NCBI GenBank assembly: GCA_964016885.1
Contig: OZ024741.1
Location: 387,872,001-387,936,000 of the forward strand
Length of the DNA: 64,000 nt
From: Eledone cirrhosa
Taxonomy: Eukaryota
Direction: 5' to 3'
Below the pieces are notes generated by a model that was not told the DNA's origin, searched no databases, and was given only the letters and a program-made list of their open reading frames with translations. Shown piece after piece: positions 41,613-55,559 of this stretch. A program made the position numbers and the translations under genes. The first letter of the stretch is position 1. Each line of letters opens with the position of its first letter.

Positions 41613-44600
41613 TAGCATTATTAACACTGGAGGTGGTAGCAGTATTAACACTGGAGGTGGTAGCAGTATTAACACTGGAGGTGGTAGCAGTAATAACACT
41701 GGAGGTGGTATCAATATTAACACAGGAGGTGGTATCAATATTAACACTGGAGGTGGTAGCAATATTAACACTGGAGGTGGTAGCAATATTAACACTGGAG
41801 CAGGTATCAATATTAACACTGGAGGTGGTAGCAGTATTAACACTGGAGGTGGTAGCAATATTAACACTGGAGGTGGTAGCAGTATTAACACTGGAGGTGG
41901 TAGCAGTATTAACACTGGAGGTGGTAGCAGTATTAACACTGGAGGTGGTAGCAGTATTAACACTGGAGGTGGTAGCAGTATTAACACAGGAGGTGTTAGC
42001 AATATTAACGATGGAGGTGGTATCAATATTAACACTGGAGGTGTTAGCAGTATTAACACTGGAGGTGGTAGCAGTATTAACACTGGAGGTGGTAGCAATA
42101 TTAACACTGGAGGTGGTAGCAGTATTAACACTGGAGGTGGTAGCAATATTAACACTGGAGGTGGTATCAGTATTAACACTGGAGGTGGTATCAGTATTAA
42201 CACTGGAGGTGGTAGCAATATTAACACTGGAGGTGGTAGCAGTATTAACACTGGAGGTGGTAGCAATATTAACACTGGAGGTGGTATCAGTATTAACACT
42301 GGAGGTGGTAGCAGTATTAACACTGGAGGTGGTAGCAATATTAACACTGGAGGTGGTAGCAATATTAACACTGGAGGTGGTATCAATATTAACACTGGAG
42401 GTGGTAGCAGTATTAACACTGGAGGTGGTAGCAATATTAACACTGGAAGTGGTATCAATATTAACACTGGAGGTGGTAGCAGTATTAACACTGGAGGTGG
42501 TAGCAGTATTAACACTGGAGGTGGTATCAATATTAGCACTGGAGGTGGTATCAATATTAACACTGGAGGTGGTAGCAGTATTAACACTGGAGGTGGTAGC
42601 AGTATTAACACTGGTGATGGTATCAATATTAACAATCGAGGTGGTAGCAGTATTAACACTGGAGGTGGTATCAATATTAACACTGGAGGTGGTAGCAGTA
42701 TTAACACTGGAGGTGGTAGCAGTATTAACACTGGAGGTGGTATAAATATTAACACTGGAGGTGGTATCAATATTAACACTGGAGCGGGTATCTATATTAA
42801 CACTGGAGGTGGTAGCAGTATTAACACTGGAGATGGTAGCAGTATTAACACTGGAGGTGGTAGCAATATTAACACTGGAGGTGCTAACAGTATTAACACT
42901 GGAGGTGGTAGCAATATTAACACTGGAGGTGGTAGCAGTATTAACACTGGAGGTGGTAGCAATATTAACACTGCAGGTGGTATCAGTATTAACACTGGAG
43001 GTGGTAGCAGTATTAACACTGAAGGTGGTAGCAGTATTAACACTGGAGGTGGTAACAGTAATGACACTGGAGGTGGTATCAATATTAACACAGGAGGTGG
43101 TATCAATATTAACACTGGAGGTGGTAGCAATATTAACACTGGAGGTGGTAGCAATATTAACACTGGAGCAGGTATAAATATTAACACTGGAGGTGGTAGC
43201 AGTATTAACACTGGAGGTGGTAGCAATATTAACACTGGAGGTGGTAGCAGTATTAACACTGGAGGTGGTATCAATATTAACACTGGAGGTGGTAGCAGTA
43301 TTAACACTGGAGTTGGTAGCAGTATTATCACTGCAGGTGGTAGCAATATTAACACTGGAGGTGGTAGCAGTATTAACATTGGAGGTGGTAGCAATATTAA
43401 CACTGGAGCAGGTGTCAATATTAACACTGGAGGTGGTAGCAGTATTAACATTGGAGGTGGTAGCAATATTAACACTGGAGCAGGTATCAATATTAACACT
43501 GGAGGTGGTAGCAATATTAACACAGGAGGCGGTAGCAGTAATAACACTGGGGGTGGTATCAATATTAACACAGGAGGTGTTAGCAATATTAACACTGGAG
43601 CAGGTATCAATATTAACACTGGAGGTGGTAGCAGTATTAACACTGGAGGTGGTAGCAGTATTAACACTGGAGGTGTTAGCAATATTAACACTGGAGGTGG
43701 TAGCAGTATTAACACTGGAGGGGGTAGCAGTATTAACACTGGAGGTGGTAGCAGTATTAAAACTGGAGGTGGTAGCAGTATTAACACTGGAGGGGGTAGC
43801 AGTAATAACACTGGAGGTGGTAGCAGTATTAACACTGGAGGTGTTAGCAGTATTAACACTGGAGGTGGTAGCAGTATTAACACTGGAGGTGGTAGCAGTA
43901 TTAACACTGGAGGTGGTAGCAGTATTAACACTGGAGGTGTTAGCAATATTAACACTGGAGGTGGTAGCAGTATTAACACTGGAGGGGGTAGCAGTATTAA
44001 CAATGGAGGTGGTAGCAATATTAACATTGGAGGTGGTAGCAATATTAACACTGGAGTTGGTAGCAGTATTAACACTGGAGGTGGTAGCAATATTAACACT
44101 GGAGGTGTTAGCAGTATTAACACAGGAGGTGTTAGCAATATTAACACTGGAGGTGGTATCAATATTAACACTGGAGGTGGTAGCAATATTAACACTGGAG
44201 GTGGTAGCAGTATTAACACTGGAGGTGGTAGCAATATTAACACTGGAGGTGTTAGCAGTATTAACACTGGAGGGGTTAGCATTATTAACACTGGAGGTGG
44301 TAGCAATATTAACACTGGAGGTGGTAGCAGTATTAACACTGGAGGTGTTAGCAATATTAACACTGGAGGTGGTAGCAGTATTAACACTGGAGGGGGTAGC
44401 AGTATTAACACTGGAGGTGGTAGCAATATTAACACTGGAGGTGGTAGCAGTATTAACACTGGAGGTGGTAGCAATATTAACACTGGAGGTGGTATCAGTA
44501 TTAACACTGGAGATGGTAGCCGTATTAACACTGGAGGTGGTAGCAATATTAACACTGGAGGTGGTAGCAATATTAACACTGGAGGTAGTAGCAGTATTAA

Positions 44601-46299
44601 CACTGGAGGTGGTAGCAGTATTAACACTGGAGGTGGTATCAATATTAGCACTGGAGGTGGTAGCAATATTAACACTGGAGGTGGTATCAATATTAACACT
44701 GGAGGTGGTAGCAGTATTAACACTGGAGGTGGTAGCAGTATTAACACTGGTGATGGTATCAATATTAACAATCGAGGTGGTAGCAGTATTAACACTGGAG
44801 GTGGTATCAATATTAACACTGGAGGTGGTAGCAGTATTAACACTGGAGGTGGTAGCAGTAATAACACTGGAGGTGGTATCAATATTAACACAGGAGGTGT
44901 TAGCAATATTAACACTGGAGCAGGTATCAATATTAACACTGGAGGTGGTAGCAGTATTAACACTGGAGGTGGTAGCAGTATTAACACTGGAGGTGTTAGC
45001 AATATTAACACTGGAGGTGGTAGCAGTATTAACACTGGAGGGGGTAGCAGTATTAACACTGGAGGTTGTAGCAGTATTAAAACTGGAGGTGGTAGCAGTA
45101 TTAACACTGGAGGGGGTAGCAGTATTAACACTGGAGGTGGTAGCAGTATTAACACTGGAGGTGTTAGCAGTATTAACACTGGAGGTGGTAGCAGTATTAA
45201 CACTGGAGGTGGTAGCAGTATTAACACTGGAGGTGGTAGCAGTATTAACACTGGAGGTGGTAGAAGTATTAACACTGGAGGTGGTAGCAGTATTAACACT
45301 GGAGGTGTTAGCAGTATTAACACTGGAGGTGGTATCAATATTAACACAGGAGGTGGTAGCAATATTAACACTGGAGGTGATAGCAATATTAACACTGGAG
45401 GTGGTATCAATATTAACACTGGATGTGGTAGCAATATTAACACTGGAGGTGGTAGCAGTATTAACACTGGAGGTGGTAGCAGTATTAACACTGGAGGTGT
45501 TAGCAATATTAACACTGGAGGTGGTAGCAGTATTAACACTGGAGGGGGTAGCAGTATTAACACTGGAGGTGGTAGCAATATTAACATTGGAGGTGGTAGC
45601 AATATTAACACTGGAGGTGGTAGCAGTATTAACACTGGAGGTGGTAGCAGTATTAACACTGGAGGTGGTAGCAGTATTAACACTGGAGGTGTTAGCAGTA
45701 TTAACACAGGAGGTGTTAGCAATATTAACACTGGAGGTGGTATCAATATTAACACTGGAGGTGGTAGCAATATTAACACTGGAGGTGGTAGCAGTATTAA
45801 CACTGGAGGTGGTAGCAATATTAACACTGGAGGTGTTAGCAGTATTAACACTGGAGGTGTTAGCATTATTAACACTGGAGGTGGTAGCAATATTAACACT
45901 GGAGGTGGTAGCAGTATTAACACTGGAGGTGTTAGCAATATTAACACTGGAGGTGGTAGCAGTATTAACACTGGAGGGGGTAGCAGTATTAACACTGGAG
46001 GTGGTAGCAATATTAACACTGGAGGTGGTAGCAGTATTAACACTGGAGGTGGTAGCAATATTAACACTGGAGGTGGTATCAGTATTAACACTGGAGATGG
46101 TAGCCGTATTAACACTGGAGGTGGTAGCAATATTAACACTGGAGGTGGTAGCAATATAAACACTGGAGGTGGTAGCAGTATTAACACTGGAGGTGGTAGC
46201 AGTATTAACACTGGAGGTGGTATCAATATTAGCACTGGAGGTGGTAGCAATATTAACACTGGAGGTGGTATCAATATTGACACTGGAGGTGGTAGCAGT

Positions 46300-49200
46300 A
46301 TTAACACTGGAGGTGGTAGCAGTATTAACACTGGTGATGGTATCAATATTAACAATCGAGGTGGTAGCAGTATTAACACTGGAGGTGGTATCAATATTAA
46401 CACTGGAGGTGGTAGCAGTATTAACACTGGAGGTGGTAGCAGTATTAACACTGGAGGTGGTATAAATATTAACACTGGAGGTGGTATCAATATTAACACT
46501 GGAGCGGGTATCAATATTAATACTGGAGGTGGTAGGAGTATTAACACTGGAGGTGGTAGCAGTATTAACACTGGAGGTGGTAGCAATATTAACACTGGAG
46601 GTGGTAGCACTATTAACACTGGAGGTGGTATCAATATTAACACTGGAGCAGGTATCAATATTAACACTGGAGGTGGTAGCAGTATTAACACTGGAGGTGG
46701 TATCAATATTAACACTGGAGGTGGTAGCAGTATTAACACTGGAGGTGGTAGCAGTAATAACACTGGAGGTGGTAGCAGTATTAACACTGGAGGTGGTAGC
46801 AATATTAACACTGGAGGTGGTAGCAGTATTAACACTGGAGGTGGTAGCAATATTAACACTGGAGGTGGTAGCAATATTAACACTGGAGCTGCTAGCAGTA
46901 TTAACACTGGAGGTGGTAGCAGTAATAACACTGGAGGTGGTAGCAGTATTAACACTGGAGGTGGTAGCAATATTAACACTGGAGGTGGTAGCAATATTAA
47001 CACTGGAGGTGGTAGCAGTATTAACACTGGAGGTGGTAGCAGTAATAACACTGGAGGTGGTAGCAGTATTAACACTGGAGGTGGTAGCAATATTAACACT
47101 GGAGGTGGTAGCAATATTAACACTGGAGGTGGTAGCAGTATTAACACTGGAGGTGGTAGCAGTATTAACACTGGATGTGGTAGCAATATTAACACTGGAG
47201 GTGGTAGCAGTATTAACACTGGAGAGGGTATCAATATTAACACTGGAGGTGGTAGCAGTATTAACACTGGAGGTTGTAGCAATATTAACACTGGAGGTGG
47301 TAGCAATATTAACACTGGAGGTGGTAGCAATATTAACACTGGAGGTGGTAGCAGTATTAACACTGGAGGTGGTAGCAGTATTAACACTGGATGTGGTAGC
47401 AATATTAACACTGGAGGTGGTAGCAGTATTAACACTGGAGCGGGTATCAATATTAATACTGGAGGTGGTAGCAGTATTAACACTGGAGGTGGTAGCAATA
47501 TTAACACTGGAGGTGGTAGCAGTATTAACACTGGAGGTGGTAGCAGTATTAACACTGGAGGTGGTAGCAGTATTAACACTGGAGATGGTATCAATATTAA
47601 CACTGGAGGTGGTAGCAGTATTAACACTGGAGGTGGTAGCAGTATTAACACTGGATGTGGTAGCAATATTAACACTGGAGGTGGTAGCAGTATTAACACT
47701 GGAGAGGGTATCAATATTAACACTGGAGGTGGTAGCAGTATTAACACTAGAGGTAGTAGCAATATTAACACTGGAGGTGGTAGCAATATTAACACTGGAG
47801 GTGGTAGCAATATTAACACTGGAGGTGGTAGCAGTATTAACACTGGAGGTGGTAGCAGTATTAACACTGGATGTGGTAGCAATATTAACACTGGAGGTGG
47901 TAGCAGTATTAACACTGGAGCGGGTATCAATATTAATACTGGAGGTGGTAGCAGTATTAACACTGGAGGGGGTAGCAGTATTAACACTGGAGGTGGTAGC
48001 AGTATTAAAACTGGAGGTGGTAGCAGTATTAACACTGGAGGGGGTAGCAGTATTAACACTGGAGGTGGTATCAATTTTAACACTGGAGGTGGTAGCAATA
48101 TTAACACTGGAGGTGGTAGCAGTATTAACACTGGAGGGGGTAGCAGTATTAACACTGGAGGTGGTATCAATATTAACACTGGAGGTGGTAGCAATATTAA
48201 CACTGGAGGTGGTAGCAGTATTAACACTGGAGGTGGTAGCAGTATTAACACTGGAGGTGGTAGCAATATTAATACTGGAGGTGGTAGCAATATTAACACT
48301 GGAGGTGGTAGCAGTATTAACACTGGAGGTGGTAGCAGTATTAACACTGGAGGTGGTAGCAGTATTAACACTGGTGATGGTATCAATATTAACAATCGAG
48401 GTGGTAGCAGTATTAACACTGGAGGTGGTATCAATATTAACACTGGAGGTGGTAGCAGTATTAACACTGGAGGTGGTAGCAGTATTAACACTGGAGGTGG
48501 TATAAATATTAACACTGGAGGTGGTATCAATATTAACACTGGAGCGGGTATCAATATTAATACTGGAGGTGGTAGGAGTATTAACACTGGAGGTGGTAGC
48601 AGTATTAACACTGGAGGTGGTAGCAATATTAACACTGGAGGTGGTAGCACTATTAACACTGGAGGTGGTATCAATATTAACACTGGAGCAGGTATCAATA
48701 TTAACACTGGAGGTGGTAGCAGTATTAACACTGGAGGTGGTATCAATATTAACACTGGAGGTGGTAGCAGTATTAACACTGGAGGTGGTAGCAGTATTAA
48801 CACTGGAGGTGGTAGCAGTATTAAAACTGGAGGTGGTAGCAATATTAACACTGGAGGTGGTAGCAGTATTAACACTGGAGGTGGTAGCAGTAATAACACT
48901 GGAGGTGGTAGCAGTATTAACACTGGAGGTGGTAGCAATATTAACACTGGAGGTGGTAGCAGTATTAACACTGGAGGTGGTAGCAATATTAACACTGGAG
49001 GTGGTAGCAATATTAACACTGGAGCTGCTAGCAGTATTAACACTGGAGGTGGTAGCAGTAATAACACTGGAGGTGGTAGCAGTATTAACACTGGAGGTGG
49101 TAGCAATATTAACACTGGAGGTGGTAGCAATATTAACACTGGAGGTGGTAGCAGTATTAACACTGGAGGTGGTAGCAGTAATAACACTGGAGGTGGTAGC

Positions 49201-50900
49201 AGTATTAACACTGGAGGTGGTAGCAATATTAACACTGGAGGTGGTAGCAGTATTAACACTGGAGGAGGTAGCAGTATTAACACTGGATGTGGTAGCAATA
49301 TTAACACTGGAGGTGGTAGCAGTATTAACACTGGAGAGGGTATCAATATTAACACTGGAGGTGGTAGCAGTATTAACACTGGAGGTGGTAGCAGTATTAA
49401 CACCGGAGGTGGTAGCAGTATTAACACTGGAGATGGTATCAATATTAACACTGGAGGTGGTAGCAGTATTAACACTGGAGGTGGTAGCAGTATTAACACT
49501 GGATGTGGTAGCAATATTAACACTGGAGGTGGTAGCAGTATTAACACTGGAGAGGGTATCAATATTAACACTGGAGGTGGTAGCAGTATTAACACTGGAG
49601 GTGGTAGCAATATTAACACTGGAGGTGGTAGCAATATTAACACTGGAGGTGGTAGCAGTATTAACACTGGAGGTGGTAGCAGTAATAACACTGGAGGTGG
49701 TAGCAATATTAACACTGGAGGTGGTAGCAGTATTAACACTGGAGGTGGTAGCAGTATTAACACTGGAGGTGGTAGCAATATTAACACTGGAGGTGGTAGC
49801 AATATTAACACTGGAGGTGGTAGCAGTATTAACACTGGAGGTGGTAGCAGTATTAACACTGGATGTGGTAGCAATATTAACACTGGAGGTGGTAGCAGTA
49901 TTAACACTGGAGAGGGTATCAATATTAACACTGGAGGTGGTAGCAGTATTAACACTGGAGGTGGTAGCAATATTAACACTGGAGGTGGTAGCAATATTAA
50001 CACTGGAGGTGGTAGCAATATTAACACTGGAGGTGGTAGCAGTATTAACACTGGAGGTGGTAGCAGTATTAACACTGGATGTGGTAGCAATATTAACACT
50101 GGAGGTGGTAGCAGTATTAACACTGGAGCGGGTATCAATATTAATACTGGAGGTGGTAGCAGTATTAACACTGGAGGTGGTAGCAATATTAACACTGGAG
50201 GTGGTAGCAGTATTAACACTGGAGGTGGTAGCAGTATTAACACTGGAGGTGGTAGCAGTATTAACACTGGAGATGGTATCAATATTAACACTGGAGGTGG
50301 TAGCAGTATTAACACTGGAGGTGGTAGCAGTATTAACACTGGATGTGGTAGCAATATTAACACTGGAGGTGGTAGCAGTATTAACACTGGAGAGGGTATC
50401 AATATTAACACTGGAGGTGGTAGCAGTATTAACACTAGAGGTAGTAGCAATATTAACACTGGAGGTGGTAGCAATATTAACACTGGAGGTGGTAGCAATA
50501 TTAACACTGGAGGTGGTAGCAGTATTAACACTGGAGGTGGTAGCAGTATTAACACTGGATGTGGTAGCAATATTAACACTGGAGGTGGTAGCAGTATTAA
50601 CACTGGAGAGGGTATCAATATTAATACTGGAGGTGGTAGCAGTATTAACACTGGAGGGGGTAGCAGTATTAACACTGGAGGTGGTAGCAGTATTAAAACT
50701 GGAGGTGGTAGCAGTATTAACACTGGAGGGGGTAGCAGTATTAACACTGGAGGTGGTATCAATATTAACACTGGAGGTGGTAGCAATATTAACACTGGAG
50801 GTGGTAGCAGTATTAACACTGGAGGGGGTAGCAGTATTAACACTGGAGGTGGTATCAATATTAACACTGGAGGTGGTAGCAATATTAACACTGGAGGTGG
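46300..50900. repeat. Diverged tandem duplication of about 2.0-2.7 kb with internal monomer gains
   Basis: GGTGATGG 46333/48373 and GCGGGT..AATACT..GGTAGG 46504/48544 (offset 2040); GCTGCT 46888/49024 (2136); ACTAGAGGTAGT 47746/50434 (2688). All offsets are multiples of 24. Confidence 0.8.
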
Positions 50901-53900
50901 TAGCAGTATTAACACTGGAGGTGGTAGCAGTATTAACACTGGAGGTGGTAGCAGTATTAACACTGGAGGGGGTAGCAGTATTAACACTGGAGGGGGTATC
51001 AATATTAACACTGGAGGTGGTAGCAGTATTAACACTGGAGGTGGTAGCAGTATTAACACTGGAGTTGGTAGCAATATTAACACTGGAGGTGGTAGCAGTA
51101 TTAACACTGGATGTGGTAGCAGTATTAACACTGGAGGTGGTAGCAATATTAACACTGGAGGTGGTAGCAGTATTAACACTGGAGGTGGTAGCAGTATTGA
51201 CACTGGAGGTGGTAGCAGTATTAACACTGGATGTGGTATCAGTATTAACACTGGAGGTGGTAGCAGTATTAACACTGGAGGTGGTAGCAGTATTAACACT
51301 GGAGGGGGTATCAATATTAACACTGGAGGTGGTATCAATATTAACACTGGAGGTGGTATCAATATTAACACTGGAGGTGGTAGCAGTATTAACACTGGAG
51401 GTGGTAGCAATATTAACACTGGAGGTGGTATCAGTATTAACACTGGAGGTGGTAGCAGTATTAAAACTGGAGGCGGTAGCAGTATTAAAACTGGAGGTGG
51501 TAGCAGTATTAACACTGGAGGTGGTAGCAGTAATAACACTGGAGGTGGTAGCAGTATTAACACTGGAGGTGGTAGCAATATTAACGCTGGAGGTGGTAGC
51601 AATATTAACACTGGAGGTGGTAGCAGTATTAACACTGGAGGTGGTAGCAATATTAACACTGGAGGTTGTAGCAGTATTAACACTGGAGGTGGTAGCAATA
51701 TTAACACTGGAAGTGGTATCAATATTAACACTGGCGGTGGTAGCAATATTAACACTGGAGGTGGTAGCAGTATTAACACTGGAGGTGGTATCAATATTAG
51801 CACTGAAGGTGGTAGCAGTATTAACACTGGAGGTGGTATCAATATTAACACTCGAGGTGGTAGCAGTATTAACACTGGAAGTGGTATCAATATTAACACT
51901 GGAGGTGGTAGCAGTATTAACACTGGAGGTGGTAGCAGTATTAACACTGGAGGTGGTATAAATATTAGCACTGGAGGTGGTATCAATATTAACACAGGAG
52001 CGGGTATCAATATTAACACTGGAGGTGGTAGCAGTATTAACACTGGAGGTGGTAGCAGTATTAACACTGGAGGTGGTAGCAGTATTAACACTGGAGGTGG
52101 TAGCAGTATTAACATTGGAGGTGGTAGCAGTAATAACACTGGAGGTGGTATCAATATTAACACAGGAGGTGGTATCAATATTAACACTGGAGGTGGTAGC
52201 AATATTAACACTGGAGGTGGTAGCAATATTAACACAGGAGCGGGTATCAATATTAACACTGGAGGTGGTAGCTGTATTAACACTGGAGGTGGTAGCAATA
52301 TTAACACTGGAGGTGGTAGCAGTATTAACACTGGAGGTGGTAGCAGTATTAACACTGGAGGTGTTAGTAATATTAACACTGGAGGTGGTAGCAGTATTAA
52401 CACTGGAGGGGGTAGCAGTATTAACACTGGAGGTGGTAGCAGTATTAACACTGGAGGTGTTAGCAATATTAACACTGGAGGTGGTAGCAGTATTAACACT
52501 GGAGGGGGTAGCAGTATTCACACTGGAGATGGTAGCAGTATTAACACTGGAGGTGGTAGCAGTATTAAGACTGGAGGGGGTACCAGTATTAACACTGGAG
52601 GTGGTAGCAGTATTAACACTGGAGGTAGTAGCAGTATTAACACTGGAGGTGGTAGCAGGATTAACACTGGAGGTGTTAGCAGTATTAACACAGGAGGTGT
52701 TAGCAATATTAACACTGGAGGTGGTATCAATATTAACACTGGAGGTGGTAGCAATATTAACACTGGAGGTGGTAGCAGTTTTAACACTGGAGGTGGTAGC
52801 AGTATTAACACTGGAGGTGGTAGCAGTATTAACACTGGAGGTGTAGGCAATATTAACACTGGAGGTTGTAGCAGTATTAACACTGGAGGTGGTAGCCGTA
52901 TTAACACTGGAGGTGGTAGCAGTATTAACACTGGAGGGGGTATCAATATTAACACTGGAGGTGGTATCAATATTAACACTGGAGGTGGTATCAATATTAA
53001 CACTGGAGGTGGTATCAATATTAACACTGGAGTTGGTAGCAATATTAACACTGGAGGTGGTAGCAGTATTAACACTGGAGGGGGTATCAATATTAACACT
53101 GGAGTTGGTATCAATATTAACACTGGAGGTGGTATCAATATTAACACTGGAGGTGGTAGCAGTATTAACACTGGAGGTGGTAGCAATATTAACACTGGAG
53201 TTGGTAGCAGTATTAACACTGGAGGTGGTAGCAGTATTAAAACTGGAGGTGGTAGCAGTATTAACACTGGAGGTGGTAGCAGTATTAAAACTGGAGGTGG
53301 TATCAATATTTACACTGGAGGTGGTAGCAGTATTAACACTGGAGGTGGTATCAATATTAACACTGGAGGTGGTAGCAGTATTAACACTGGAGGTGTTAGC
53401 AGTATTAACACTGGAGGTGTTAGCAGTATTAACACAGGAGGTGTTAGCAATATTAACACTGGAGGTGGTATCAATATTAACACTGGAGGTGGTAGCAATA
53501 TTAACACTGGAGGTGGTAGCATTATTAACACTGGAGGTGGTATCAATATTAACACTGGAGGTGGTAGCAATATTAACACTGGAGGTGGTAGCAATATTAA
53601 CACTGGAGGTGGTAGCAGTATTAACACTGGAGGGGGTAGCAGTATTAACACTGGAGGTGGTAGCAATATTAACACTGGAGGTGGCAGCAGTATTAACACT
53701 GGAGGTGGTAGCAATATTAACACTGGAGGTGGTAGCAGTATTAACACTGGAGGTGGTATCAATATTAGCACTGGAGGTGGTAGCAGTATTAACACTGGAG
53801 GTGGTAGCAATATTAACACTGGAGGTGGTAGCAGTATTAACACTGGAGGTGGTATCAATATTAGCACTGGAGGTGGTAGCAGTATTAACACTGGTGATGG

Positions 53901-55559
53901 TATCAATATTAACACTCGAGGTGGTAGCAGTATTAACACTGGAGGTGGTATCAATATTAACACTGGAGGTGGTAGCAGTATAAACACTGGAGGTGGTAGC
54001 AGTATTAACACTGGAGGTGGTATAAATATTAGCACTGGAGGTGGTATCAATATTAACACTGGAGGTGGTAGCAATATAAACACTGGAGGTGGTAGCAGTA
54101 TTAACACTGGAGGTGGTATAAATATTAGCACTGGAGGTGGTATCAATATTAACACAGGAGCGAGTACCGATATTAACACTGGAGGTGGTAGCAGTATTAA
54201 CACTGGAGGTGGTAGCAGTATTAGCAATGGAGGTGGTAGCAGTATTAACACTGGAGGTGTTAGCAATATTAACACTGGGGGTGGTAGCAGTATTAACACT
54301 GGAGGTGGTAGCAGTATTAACACTGGAGGTGTTAGCAATATTAACACTGGAGGTGGTAGCAGTATTAACACTGGAGGTCGTAGCAGTATTAAGACTGGAC
54401 GGGGTAGCAGTATTAACACTGGAGGTGGTAGCAGTATTAACACTGGAGGTGGTAGCAGTATTAACACTGGAGGTGGTAGCAATATTAACACTGGAGGTGG
54501 TATCAGTATTAACACTGGAGGTGGTAGCAGTATTAACACTGGAGGTGGTAGCAATATTAACACTGGAGGTGGTAGCAATATTAAGACTGGAGGTGGCATC
54601 AATATTAACACTGGAGGTGGTAGCAGTATTAACACTGGAGGTGGTATCAATATTAACACTGGAGGTGGTAGCAGTATTAACACTGGAGGTGGTAGCAATA
54701 TTAACACTGGAGGTGGTAGCAGTATTAACACTGGAGGTGGTAGCAGTATTAACACTGGTGATGGTATCAATATTAACACTCGAGGTGGTAGCAGTATTAA
54801 CACTGGAGGTGGTATCAATATTAACACTGGAGGTTGTAGCAGTATTAACACTGGAGGTGGTATAAATATTAACACTGGAGGTGGTATCAATATTAAAACT
54901 GGAGCGGGTATCAATATTAACACTGGAGGTGGTAGCAGTATTAACACTGGAGGTGGTAGCAATATTAACACTGGAGGTGGTAGCAGTATTAACACTGGAG
55001 GTGGTAGCAATATCAACACTGGAGGTGGTAGCAGTATTAACACTGGAGGTGGTAGCAATATTAACACTGGAGGTGGTAGCAGTATTAACACTGGAGGTAG
55101 TAGCAATATTAACACTGGAGGTGGTATCAGTATTAACACTGGAGGTGGTAGCAGTATTAACACTGGAGGTGGTAGCAGTATTAACACTGGAGGTGGTAGC
55201 AGTATTAACACTGGAGGTGGTATCAGTATTAACACTGGAGGTGGTAGCAGTATTAACACTGGAGGTGGTAGCAGTATTAACACTGGAGGTGGTAGCAGTA
55301 TTAACTTTGGAGGTGGTAGCAGTAATAACACTGGAGGTGGTATCAATATTAACACAGGAGGTGGTATCAATATTAACACTGGAGGTGGTAGCAATATTAA
55401 CACTGGAGGTGGTAGCAATATTAACACTGGAGCAGGTATCAATATTAACACTGGAGGTGGTAGCAGTATTAACACTGGAGGGGGTAGCAATATTAACACT
55501 GGAGGTGGTAGCAGTATTAACACTGGAGGTGGTATCAATATTAACACTGGAGGTGGTAG

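Larger units (their letters stand above)
28690..42950. repeat. Near-identical tandem duplication, period 7,131 bp (297 monomers)
   Basis: Constant 7131 offset for the 23-bp monomers (28868/35999, 31171/38302), ATG variants (29851/36982, 32154/39285, 33426/40557), TGA variant (33369/40500) and the A before the G tract (34473/41604). 7131 = 297x24+3, matching indels -1, +5, -1. Confidence 0.95.

Noticed and set aside
10028-42779. Chimeric ORFs switching from GGGSSINT to LEVVAVLT (or PPPV to TTSS) as programmed frameshifts or two-domain proteins
   Set aside because: They are fully explained by read-through across a 23-bp monomer or a G tract.
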